Assembly (NCBI GenBank): GCA_951406725.2
Contig: OX597832.1
Coordinates: 49,538,001 to 49,602,000, forward strand
DNA length: 64,000 bases
Source: Octopus vulgaris
Taxonomy: Eukaryota
Direction: 5' to 3'
The translations under genes were made by a program, and so were the position numbers. The notes beneath the pieces were generated by a model. It ran no database searches. It saw only the letters and a list, made by a program, of their open reading frames with translations, and was not told the DNA's origin. Positions 14,082 to 26,382 of this stretch are shown in pieces. Numbering within the stretch: position 1 is the first letter of the stretch; each line of letters begins with the position of its first letter.

Positions 14082-14123
<42 letters not shown>

Positions 14124-14183
14124 CGGTGATGATGATGATGATGATGATGGTAGTGATGGTGATGGTGATGGTGATGGTGGTGG

Positions 14184-14216
<33 letters not shown>

Positions 14217-14969
14217 GGAGGAGGAGGAGGAGGAGGAGGAGGAGGGGGAGGACGACGACGACGACGACGACGACGACGACTAGGAGCAGCAGAATATATG
14301 TTGGGAAGTGGTGCAATCCTTTTATTTTCATTTTGAAGTCTTGAATGCTTTTTTTACTCAAAGCTGATTGGTTGAAAATTTTCACCAAGTAATAACTGGG
14401 GCTGTCAAAAACAAAAAAAAACTTATCTTTATCGAACGAGATTGAATAACAATCTTGTGTAAAACGATGCCTCGATTTACATAATGACAAATGTGTTTAA
14501 TTAAATGTTTTGAGGGTTAACAGCTTACAGAGAGTAGACCATGTCTACTTAGTTTCAACATAAATCATCTCAGCAAAAAAAAAAAGAAATTAAAGACAAA
14601 ATCTTAGAGAATAATTGAGTCTGTATATATCTTAAGCTCTGAAAAAAATACACATGAAGGGATTGTTGCAGCTTGATTCGTGAATAAAAACGTAAACTAT
14701 AGCTTCAAGCGCGTATGACTTCATGGCGTGCACAACGCTTTTGCTTATCGTTCGAAGTATCCATGAAGTCGGTACTTGGATACTTCGAACGTCGACATCT
14801 CGGAATTCACCCGAAGAAACATCCAGGACGTGGCGGCTGGAGGGAGAGAAAGGCAGTGTCAGCGTAACGCAGGTAGATTTTTTTTTTTTTAGTGATCTCG
14901 AAAACATGAAAAGCAAAGTGAACTTCGGCGGGATTTGAACTCAGAGGGCAGAACCCCCGATACAAATAT

Positions 14970-15670
14970 CGGAAAGTGTTCTAATCTCTTGCTCTGCTAA
15001 TCTACTGTCTCTTATCTTGAGTTGATAGGACTGTGGAATACTCAGCCAGTTAATCGTTAATTTCACAAGTGAGACTTCACTTGGTTTAACAAGTGAGTGC
15101 TCATCGTTGAAACAGACGGAGATCACCGGAAAGTGTTCTAATCTCATGCTCCGCTAATCTACTGTTTCTTATCTTGAGTTGATAGGACGGTGCAATACTC
15201 AGCCATTTTTAATCGTTAATTTCACAAGTGAGACTTTACTTGGTTTAACAAGTGAGACTTCACTTGGTTTAACAAGTGAGTGCTCATCGTTGAAACAGAC
15301 GGAGATCACCGGAAAGTGTTCTAATCTCATGCTCCGCTAATCTACTGTCTCTTATCTTGAGTTGATAGGACGGTGCAATACTCAGCCATTTTTAATCGTT
15401 AATTTCACAAGTGAGACTTTACTTGGTTTAACAAGTGAGACTTCACTTGGTTTAACAAGTGAGTGCTCATCGTTGAAACAGACGGAGATCACCGGAAAGT
15501 GTTCTAATCTCATGCTCCGCTAATCTACTGTCTCTTATCTGAGTTGATAGAACGGTGCAATACTCAGCCATTTTTAATCGTTAATTTCACAAGTGAGACT
15601 TTACTTGGTTTAACAAGTGAGACTTCGCTTGGTTTAACAAGTGAGTGCTCATCGTCGAGACAGACGGAGA
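14970..15670. repeat. Tandem array of 4 units (183 bp; first unit 157 bp) with an internal 23-bp subrepeat
   Basis: ggaaagtgttctaatctc starts at 14971, 15128, 15311 and 15494. The subrepeat is caagtgagacttcacttggttta(a). Confidence 0.95.
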
Positions 15671-16159
15671 ATCCACAAAATATACTTAGTGTTTCTTTGG
15701 GCGTTATCTTAGATCAAATCTCAACGAAAGGAAATAATTAATGGAGTCGGATTATTTCAAAATTCCATAATTGCTGTTCGAAGAAACTGAATACTTCGAG
15801 TTTGTTCTTCATCATAGACCGACACCAGGGTAAAATTAGATCTGCTCTGCATCTGTGCATGGATATATAACTAGGCCACACGCATGAGAACAAGTCAGAT
15901 GTATGGAAGCAACTAGGTGATATATATGTGAAGACAAGTCAGATGTTTTGGAAACATAGATATACATATTATATACATATACACATATATGCAAGCATAC
16001 ATATGTATATACGTGTGTATGTATACATCTGCAAATATGTTATAGATGTGTGTGCGTATATATTACGCATATGTGTGTGTGTGTATATACTTACAAATCT
16101 GTGAATGCGGGCATATATGTAAGTACGTATGCATGCGTATACGCATATATAAGTATATA

Positions 16160-19100
16160 TATAATTAATTAATAAGGGTGAGAGAATTAGATACTAATTT
16201 AATAGTATATTTATTCCACACCAAGTGGCCTAGTGCTACGAGAAACCTGGATTATTATAATATTTTATAACATATTATAATATTTTCACAAAATAAATAT
16301 AAGAGAGTGGTCACTATATTGATCACTCTAGCACCAGTTAATCCAAAAGGTTTCAACCACGAAAAATACATGTTTCCCATGAAAGCCGGTACGACTGTTA
16401 GCTCACACGGACAGGGCAAATAAAAAATAACAAAAATACAGATTATTTTGGGACAATTGTTTCGCTATTAATGAATTAAATGTAATATTACTTACAATAA
16501 TCCATTTGTAGCTCTTCAGCCAAGACTATCTGGATGAAATCCACTCAATCACATGCCAGATTTTACCATAACGATAAATACGCGTGCGGTTCAATTGATT
16601 ACATCGGACGTTATAATTCAAATGCCCCAACCAACAGCGCGCCAAACTCTCACGGAAAACAAATACAGCATTTAGAAATAAATGCAGCATAATTATAATT
16701 AATTAATAAGGGTGAGAGAATTAGATACTAATTTAATAGTATATTTATTCCACACCAAGTGGCCTAGTGCTACGAGAAACCTGGATTATTATAATATTTT
16801 ATAACATATTATAATATTTTCACAAAATAAATATAAGAGAGTGGTCACTATATTGATCACTCTAGCACCAGTTAATCCAAAAGGTTTCAACCACGAAAAA
16901 TACATGTTTCCCATGAAAGCCGGTACGACTGTTAGCTCACACGGACAGGGCAAATAAAAAATAACAAAAATACAGATTATTTTGGGACAATTGTTTCGCT
17001 ATTAATGAATTAAATGTAATATTACTTACAATAATCCATTTGTAGCTCTTCAGCCAAGACTATCTGGATGAAATCCACTCAATCACATGCCAGATTTTAC
17101 CATAACGATAAATACGCGTGCGGTTCAATTGATTACATCGGACGTTATAATTCAAATGCCCCAACCAACAGCGCGCCAAACTCTCACGGAAAACAAATAC
17201 AGCATTTAGAAATAAATGCAGCATAATTATAATTAATTAATAAGGGTGAGAGAATTAGATACTAATTTAATAGTATATTTATTCCACACCAAGTGGCCTA
17301 GTGCTACGAGAAACCTGGATTATTATAATATTTTATAACATATTATAATATTTTCACAAAATAAATATAAGAGAGTGGTCACTATATTGATCACTCTAGC
17401 ACCAGTTAATCCAAAAGGTTTCAACCACGAAAAATACATGTTTCCCATGAAAGCCGGTACGACTGTTAGCTCACACGGACAGGGCAAATAAAAAATAACA
17501 AAAATACAGATTATTTTGGGACAATTGTTTCGCTATTAATGAATTAAATGTAATATTACTTACAATAATCCATTTGTAGCTCTTCAGCCAAGACTATCTG
17601 GATGAAATCCACTCAATCACATGCCAGATTTTACCATAACGATAAATACGCGTGCGGTTCAATTGATTACATCGGACGTTATAATTCAAATGCCCCAACC
17701 AACAGCGCGCCAAACTCTCACGGAAAACAAATACAGCATTTAGAAATAAATGCAGCATAATTATAATTAATTAATAAGGGTGAGAGAATTAGATACTAAT
17801 TTAATAGTATATTTATTCCACACCAAGTGGCCTAGTGCTACGAGAAACCTGGATTATTATAATATTTTATAACATATTATAATATTTTCACAAAATAAAT
17901 ATAAGAGAGTGGTCACTATATTGATCACTCTAGCACCAGTTAATCCAAAAGGTTTCAACCACGAAAAATACATGTTTCCCATGAAAGCCGGTACGACTGT
18001 TAGCTCACACGGACAGGGCAAATAAAAAATAACAAAAATACAGATTATTTTGGGACAATTGTTTCGCTATTAATGAATTAAATGTAATATTACTTACAAT
18101 AATCCATTTGTAGCTCTTCAGCCAAGACTATCTGGATGAAATCCACTCAATCACATGCCAGATTTTACCATAACGATAAATACGCGTGCGGTTCAATTGA
18201 TTACATCGGACGTTATAATTCAAATGCCCCAACCAACAGCGCGCCAAACTCTCACGGAAAACAAATACAGCATTTAGAAATAAATGCAGCATAATTATAA
18301 TTAATTAATAAGGGTGAGAGAATTAGATACTAATTTAATAGTATATTTATTCCACACCAAGTGGCCTAGTGCTACGAGAAACCTGGATTATTATAATATT
18401 TTATAACATATTATAATATTTTCACAAAATAAATATAAGAGAGTGGTCACTATATTGATCACTCTAGCACCAGTTAATCCAAAAGGTTTCAACCACGAAA
18501 AATACATGTTTCCCATGAAAGCCGGTACGACTGTTAGCTCACACGGACAGGGCAAATAAAAAATAACAAAAATACAGATTATTTTGGGACAATTGTTTCG
18601 CTATTAATGAATTAAATGTAATATTACTTACAATAATCCATTTGTAGCTCTTCAGCCAAGACTATCTGGATGAAATCCACTCAATCACATGCCAGATTTT
18701 ACCATAACGATAAATACGCGTGCGGTTCAATTGATTACATCGGACGTTATAATTCAAATGCCCCAACCAACAGCGCGCCAAACTCTCACGGAAAACAAAT
18801 ACAGCATTTAGAAATAAATGCAGCATAATTATAATTAATTAATAAGGGTGAGAGAATTAGATACTAATTTAATAGTATATTTATTCCACACCAAGTGGCC
18901 TAGTGCTACGAGAAACCTGGATTATTATAATATTTTATAACATATTATAATATTTTCACAAAATAAATATAAGAGAGTGGTCACTATATTGATCACTCTA
19001 GCACCAGTTAATCCAAAAGGTTTCAACCACGAAAAATACATGTTTCCCATGAAAGCCGGTACGACTGTTAGCTCACACGGACAGGGCAAATAAAAAATAA

Positions 19101-19832
19101 CAAAAATACAGATTATTTTGGGACAATTGTTTCGCTATTAATGAATTAAATGTAATATTACTTACAATAATCCATTTGTAGCTCTTCAGCCAAGACTATC
19201 TGGATGAAATCCACTCAATCACATGCCAGATTTTACCATAACGATAAATACGCGTGCGGTTCAATTGATTACATCGGACGTTATAATTCAAATGCCCCAA
19301 CCAACAGCGCGCCAAACTCTCACGGAAAACAAATACAGCATTTAGAAATAAATGCAGCATAATTATAATTAATTAATAAGGGTGAGAGAATTAGATACTA
19401 ATTTAATAGTATATTTATTCCACACCAAGTGGCCTAGTGCTACGAGAAACCTGGATTATTATAATATTTTATAACATATTATAATATTTTCACAAAATAA
19501 ATATAAGAGAGTGGTCACTATATTGATCACTCTAGCACCAGTTAATCCAAAAGGTTTCAACCACGAAAAATACATGTTTCCCATGAAAGCCGGTACGACT
19601 GTTAGCTCACACGGACAGGGCAAATAAAAAATAACAAAAATACAGATTATTTTGGGACAATTGTTTCGCTATTAATGAATTAAATGTAATATTACTTACA
19701 ATAATCCATTTGTAGCTCTTCAGCCAAGACTATCTGGATGAAATCCACTCAATCACATGCCAGATTTTACCATAACGATAAATACGCGTGCGGTTCAATT
19801 GATTACATCGGACGTTATAATTCAAATGCCCC
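16160..19832 (-). repeat. Tandem array of a 534-bp hammerhead-containing unit, about 6.9 apparently identical copies
   Basis: gggtgagagaattag starts at 16176, 16710, 17244, 17778, 18312, 18846 and 19380 (period 534). The left end merges with a TA-rich tract. Confidence 0.97.
16439..16532 (-). ncRNA. Type I hammerhead ribozyme in the 534-bp unit (further copies start at 16973, 17507, 18041, 18575, 19109, 19643)
   Basis: Minus strand reads cagat-agtc-ttgg-CTGAAGA-gcta-[long AU-rich stem II]-tagc-GAAAC-AATT-GTC-ccaa-aata-atctg. It has a canonical CUGANGA/GAAA/GUC core, a G-C pair closing stem II, palindromic stem III ACAATTGT and an extended stem I. Confidence 0.9.
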
Positions 19833-20418
19833 TTTTGGATTAACTGGTGCTAGAGTGATCAATATAGTGACCACTCTCTTATATTTATTTTGTGAAAATA
19901 TTATAATATGTTATAAAATATTATAATAATCCAGGTTTCTCGTAGCACTAGGCCACTTGGTGTGGAATAAATATACTATTAAATTAGTATCTAATTCTCT
20001 CACCCTTATTAATTAATTATAATTATGCTGCATTTATTTCTAAATGCTGTATTTGTTTTCCGTGAGAGTTTGGCGCGCTGTTGGTTGGGGCATTTGAATT
20101 ATAACGTCCGATGTAATCAATTGAACCGCACGCGTATTTATCGTTATGGTAAAATCTGGCATGTGATTGAGTGGATTTCATCCAGATAGTCTTGGCTGAA
20201 GAGCTACAAATGGATTATTGTAAGTAATATTACATTTAATTCATTAATAGCGAAACAATTGTCCCAAAATAATCTGTATTTTTGTTATTTTTTATTTGCC
20301 CTGTCCGTGTGAGCTAACAGTCGTACCGGCTTTCATGGGAAACATGTATTTTTCGTGGTTGAAACCTTTTGGATTAACTGGTGCTAGAGTGATCAATATA
20401 GTGACCACTCTCTTATAT
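19831..20418 (+). repeat. Inverted about 1.1-unit copy of the 534-bp repeat, circularly permuted
   Basis: ccttttggattaactggtgc occurs at 19831 and 20365 (534 apart) and is the reverse complement of the array unit. The junction shares the 2-nt overlap CC, and the right end runs into (TA)n. Confidence 0.95.
20183..20276 (+). ncRNA. Type I hammerhead ribozyme (plus-strand copy in the inverted unit)
   Basis: CTGAAGA at 20196-20202 and CGAAAC-AATT-GTC at 20251-20263, with stem I ttgg/ccaa plus cagat/atctg. Confidence 0.9.
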
Positions 20419-20419
20419 A

Positions 20420-20572
<153 letters not shown>

Positions 20573-20759
20573 GTATGCATGGGGAAAAAAACTAGATCAT
20601 ATGTATGGAGACATATAACTAGCTTATCTGTATGGAGACAAGTAAGTGATACAAAGATAATTATATGTATGGAAATATATAGGTGATATGTATGAAGACG
20701 ACTATGTTGGATTGGATGTATGGGAAACAACTAAACAACCATACGTACGGAGACAATAG

Positions 20760-20816
<57 letters not shown>

Positions 20817-20818
<2 letters not shown>

Positions 20819-21034
20819 TCAACAATATAGGAATGGCCATATAGGACATTCGACTCACCAGAAAGAGCAGCCAAAACTCATACCGCTAAAATAGTTGTAA
20901 TTCTGAAATAGAAAGAGAAATAAAAACGTTTACCCCTTTCTATTTCAGAATTACAACTATTTAGCGGTATGAGTTTTGGCTGCTCTTTCTAGTGAGTCGA
21001 ATGTCCTATATGGCCATTCCTTATATTGTTGAAT
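20817..21034. repeat. Long inverted repeat (about 99-bp arms, 20-nt spacer) between (TA)n tracts
   Basis: 20817-20915 is a near-perfect reverse complement of 20936-21034. The right side continues about 100 bp before the next (TA)n. Confidence 0.92.
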
Positions 21035-21133
21035 GTATATTATATAGTCTTTGACTATTTTTTCTTTCTCACTTGACCGCTGGTAGCGGAAAATTCTTTC
21101 TAGAATCTTTTGCTACCCTTATATTTATTATTA

Positions 21134-21210
<77 letters not shown>

Positions 21211-21350
21211 ATAATTTCTAAATGTCTCCAAAGGAGAGATACAGCAGTAGTACAGGGTATTAATATTGAGATAAGTAGGTGACGTGTATGGAAACAACTA
21301 TGTGACGTGTATGGAAGCTAAACCATAGGTATGGAGACAACCAGATCATA

Positions 21351-21750
21351 TCTTTATATATAAAAGAGAGGTTGTGTGTCTGTCTCCTACAATTTAGATT
21401 CCTAACTACTCCCACATTTTGCGGTGCAGTTTAACCAAAACCGGGTATCTTATAGTCGAGATACATATCGTGCCCTTCTGGGTATTAGCGCGCGTCTACG
21501 ATGAGTCTACGATTTTTTTTTAAAATTTACCATCATTTTTTTCCATTTTAATGCATTTTTTCGCTATTATATAAGGGAAGTAACTCTCTAAAGATGTCTA
21601 CGATGAATCAACGATTTTAAAAAAATTTACCATCATTTTTTTTCCATTTTTAATGCATTTTTTTTTGCTATTTTTTGGCTATAACTCTCTAAAATTGCTT
21701 ATATAGTTATTTCCCTTACAAACTCGAGCAACGCCGGGCGATACTGCTAG
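21351..21750 (+). mobile_element. Non-autonomous Helitron
   Basis: 5' TCTTTATATATAAA; 3' hairpin-like ctcgagcaacgccggg followed by CTAG; A|T insertion site with no TSD; internal direct repeat of about 100 bp. Confidence 0.85.
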
Positions 21751-22939
21751 TATTATAATAAACCAACAAGGTGATGTGTATGGAAAGAACTAGGTCATAT
21801 ATATATGGAGGTGTCTAAATCATATGAATGCAAACAACGAGGTCTTACGTATGGAAAGAACGAAATCATACGGAGACAACAAAATGAAATGTATGAAGAA
21901 AACTGGGTCACATGTATAGAACCAATTACGTCATAGGAATGGAGATGATTACGTCATATGGATGAAGGCAGGTATGTCATATGTATGGAGATAATTAAGC
22001 CATATACAGATAATAATAGTCAGATAATTAAGTCATATATAGGGTGACAAGATCAACTTTGCCTTTGATCCTTTCGAGGTCGATTAAATAAGTACCAGTC
22101 GCGCACTGGGGTCGATGTAATCGACTTAATCCATTTGTCTGTCCTTGTTTGTCCCCTCTGTGTTTAGCCCCTTGTGGGTAGTAAAGAAAAAGGTAACTAG
22201 CAACGAATGAACTCCTAAGCTGTCGTTCAAAATTACTAGAAATAGCAGCCAAATTTCCTCAAATCTCACTTCATTGCCTTGTAAGAAAACAGGGCAGGAT
22301 ACGTTGGACAACGTAATCTAAGATATACAAAATGACGAGATAGTCACAGATGGAACGCCTTTGATAAATAGGTAACACCAACCCTCTGTTTTTCGTTCAA
22401 ATTTTCGAGTAGTCAACATAAACTCGAGTCGATAAAATTATTCTTAGTTACATAAACTAGGACGATACATTGATATGATCAGAAAATGTTGGATTAGATG
22501 TGTTGCAGTATTTAGGTCTGAGTTCGAATCCTACTAATAGTACCAGTTAAGTATTGGAGTACATCTATCTGACTGTGCTCCGGCCCAAAATGAATTTGTG
22601 TCCTTGTACATATGGCAGAAATCAATATTATCAATAAACCGAGATCGATTCACTCGTCCACATCACCAACACAACATAAAGAATCTAATGATTTTGTGTC
22701 TCTTCAAAAAGAGATCAATGATTCGATTAAAATCTTTTATCGATTTGTTGTATCTTCGGCCTAGTTTTCGATTCTTCAGTCGAGACCATTTCATTTCACT
22801 CGCTTTCTGTTAATCTTCTTTTGAAAGATGAAGGACACAGCTTCCCACTTACTCTTCTCTTAAAGCATTGATGAGATTTTGTCCCACTACGTCATGAATC
22901 AATATTTCAGCAGAGAAGAATGGACGTTGGCAAGAGTAC

Positions 22940-23034
<95 letters not shown>

Positions 23035-23065
23035 ATGTATGTATATATATATGTATATATATATT

Positions 23066-23186
23066 AATAAATAAATGGAGTTTAACGCAGGTGTAATTCA
23101 AATACTTTTACTTCCGACACATGTTTCGAAGATATCACTGGTATTATTATTTGAATTACACCTGCGTTAAACTCCATTTATTTATT
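23066..23186. repeat. Fold-back hairpin (39-bp arms) whose loop holds the 3' half of a hammerhead
   Basis: 23066-23104 is the reverse complement of 23148-23186. The loop on the minus strand reads cttCGAAAC-ATGT-GTC-ggaa. Flanked by TA-rich repeats. Confidence 0.8.
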
Positions 23187-24368
23187 TATATATAATACGA
23201 AAAAATTTCATGTAAGCCCGAAGTTTCTACCTTTAAAAACAAGGAGTTACAACCTCTTTACTTGTATAATTTTTTGCTACCCTCGGAACTATTTATTTAT
23301 TTTTTCCGTGTTAATTATTAACAAGGGAAAAATAAGCACATCTGTTTATATATGTATATATATATATTCCTACTTCCGGTCATTTCAGCATATGGTGACC
23401 GTCTAATTGAGACATGTTTGTTCTTTTCTCTCCCTAATTTTTTCTCTCCTCATCAATTCTTTAAGTAGGAAAGCATATATTCGAATCGTAAAAGACTTTT
23501 CCTTCTATTTTTCCCTGAGCGTAAATCTAATACAATTTGTTTTCTTTTTATCCCGTCTTCGTGTTACTTATAATTTTTACACTATAGCTATATGTAACAT
23601 GGATATCTGTATATTTCTTCAGAAAATATGAAAGCTCATGGAAAGTAATTCTCCAGGGCCCATTCCTGAATAAGAGCTTTTTTTAATGAAAGACCAGCGA
23701 TTACCCATATATAAATGTCTCCTCTTTCTATGCTATCGATGCTTCTCAAAAAAAAAAAAACCAAGAACCGACAGAGCCTGACACCAGTGCCGTGTCATGC
23801 AAAATAAACACCACAAGGCATTAATTTCAACGCTCTAGTAATCCCGTCAATCTATCTCCTTCCACGGATCTCCTTCAGTTTTATCTCCTTTATCTCCCTA
23901 CGAAAGAAAGGAAAAGGCGGCGAACTGGCAGAATTATTAGCACGTCTGACAAAATGCTTAGCAACATTTACTCCGGTTTTCTACATTCTGAGTTGAAGTT
24001 TCGCCGAGGCCAACTGTGCCTTTCATTTCTTTGAGATCGATAAAACAATGTACCAGTCAAGTATTGGGATCGATGTCACTAGCTTCTTCTTCTTCTCTCC
24101 TTAAAAATTTCTGGCCTTAAACTCTGCAACGGTCCGGCGTCCCGTTCAGGGGAATGTTTTCATCCCGGTCACTCATGCGCCTTGAAAGCCGGATAACCAA
24201 CCTTATAAAACCCAGAGCTCAAAATCAAAAAGAAACACGAAAGGCAGAATTGAGCATGAACACCACAACACAAGACTATTCATCATTTACCTCCATCATT
24301 CGAGGTTCTAAGGTCAAATTCTCCTGGAGTCAAGTTTGCATTTACTCCTCCACTCCATACCAGTAATA

Positions 24369-24586
24369 TACTCTTTTACTTGTTTCAGTCATTTGACTGT
24401 GGCCATGCTGGAGCACCGTCTTTAATCGAGCAAATCGACACCAGGACTTATTCTTTGTAAGCCTAGTACTTATTCTATCGGCTTCTTTTGCCGTACCGCT
24501 AAGTTACGGGGACGTAAACACACCAGCATTGGTTGTCAAGCGATGTTGGGGGTACAAACACAGACAAACAAACACACACAGACACA

Positions 24587-24623
<37 letters not shown>

Positions 24624-24624
24624 G

Positions 24625-24657
<33 letters not shown>

Positions 24658-24658
24658 A

Positions 24659-24690
<32 letters not shown>

Positions 24691-24862
24691 CATATATACG
24701 AGGAGCTTCTTTCAGTTTCCGTCAACAAAATCCACCCACAAGGATTTGGTCGGCCCGAGGCTATGGTAGAAGACACTTGCCCAAGGAGCCACCAGAGTGG
24801 GATTGAACCCGGAATCATGTGGTTGGCAAGCAAGCTACTTACCACACAGCCACTCCTACGCC
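24369..24862 (-). mobile_element. Near full-length SINE family A
   Basis: Tail ctcttttacttgtttcagtc through head cacagccactcctacgcc, with an internal CA/TA tract. Confidence 0.9.
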
Positions 24863-25176
24863 TCATTCATTTACTATCGGTATTAAGTAACGATAATATC
24901 CTAGCCTCATTCCACTAAATCACTCTCGCTGTTTCACTAAGTCAGTGTGTATATGCGTAAGAGGAAATCCTTAGCTGTTAAATCTATTCTATTTCCTTTA
25001 GGATGTTGATGTTCTTGCTGATGTCATGAAGGTTAAAGCTCTCTTTCTCTTGTCTCATCTGAATCTGAAAATATACTCGGGAGTCTATTTTTATAGTGTA
25101 CTATTATAATATTACATATATATAATCTCTATTTCATGTATATATATATATATATATACATATATATGCAAGTATA

Positions 25177-25272
<96 letters not shown>

Positions 25273-25519
25273 TATATAATATATTTATTTATAAATATAT
25301 ATATACTTGCATATATATGTATGTATATATATATATATATTATATACATATACACATATATGCAAGCATATATACATATGTATATACGTGTGCTTGTATG
25401 CATCTGTAAATATGTTATAGATGTGTGTGCGTATATATTACGCATATGAGTGTGTGTGTATATACTTACAAATCTGTGAATGTGGGCATATATGTAAGTA
25501 CGTATGCATGCGTATATGC

Positions 25520-25575
<56 letters not shown>

Positions 25576-25986
25576 CCACGTATGTATGTATTTATATATA
25601 TATATGTTTGTGTGTGTGTGTGTGTGTGTTTTCCCATATGTATGTATATTCATATATCTATTTTCATTACGTGTGTATATACATGCGATGATCAGGACGT
25701 GCAATATATACAGAAACCTACGTGGTCGCATACATTCCTGTCGTTCCATAGGGTAGTGATAAAGAAACCGTAAGAAGTATGCCACGAGTTCTTCCTCTTT
25801 AAACAGTCACGCTTCCCACCAGAAAAATGCAGGCGTGTATAGCAAATCAAATTTAATTATGGCTATCAACCGATGAACGAGAGCGACCACAGACTATGAA
25901 CTTCAATCTAACAGACAGTGACACTACTTTCTTTAATTATGTTACCTATAATAGGACTATGCCAGCACTGTAGCATCCAAAATATT

Positions 25987-26034
<48 letters not shown>

Positions 26035-26101
26035 CTATTACATATAGATAATATATATTATTATCTATATGTATTATATCTTAATATTATTTTATATATA
26101 C

Positions 26102-26140
<39 letters not shown>

Positions 26141-26146
<6 letters not shown>

Positions 26147-26382
26147 CAAAATAAGCAACAAGGATATCCAAGGTAGAGTAGTACAATTGTTTCATGCTAC
26201 TTCATTTTATTTAACCCTGTAAATATTACATCAGTTTTAAAATGTCGAGCAATCTTCAGCCACATATAGATTGCTCGACATTTTAAAACTGATGTAATAC
26301 TTACAGGGTTTAATAAAATGAAGTAGCATGAAACAATTGTACTACTCTACCTCGGATATCCTTGTTGCTTATTTTGATTATA
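26141..26382. repeat. Fold-back palindrome (115-bp arms, 12-nt spacer) within (TA)n
   Basis: 26141-26255 is the reverse complement of 26268-26382 with few mismatches. The right side extends to about 26478 and then (TA)n. Confidence 0.95.
26178..26263 (-). ncRNA. Type I hammerhead ribozyme (GUA cleavage triplet)
   Basis: Minus strand reads gtgg-CTGAAGA-t-tgct-cga-catttta...taaaatg-aagt-agca-t-GAAAC-AATT-GTA-ctac. It has a palindromic stem III and U/U instead of G-C at the base of stem II. Confidence 0.75.

Noticed and set aside
14970-20418. CRISPR-like interpretation of the regular repeats
   Set aside because: Units are fully repeated with no unique spacers, no cas genes are present and the context is eukaryotic.
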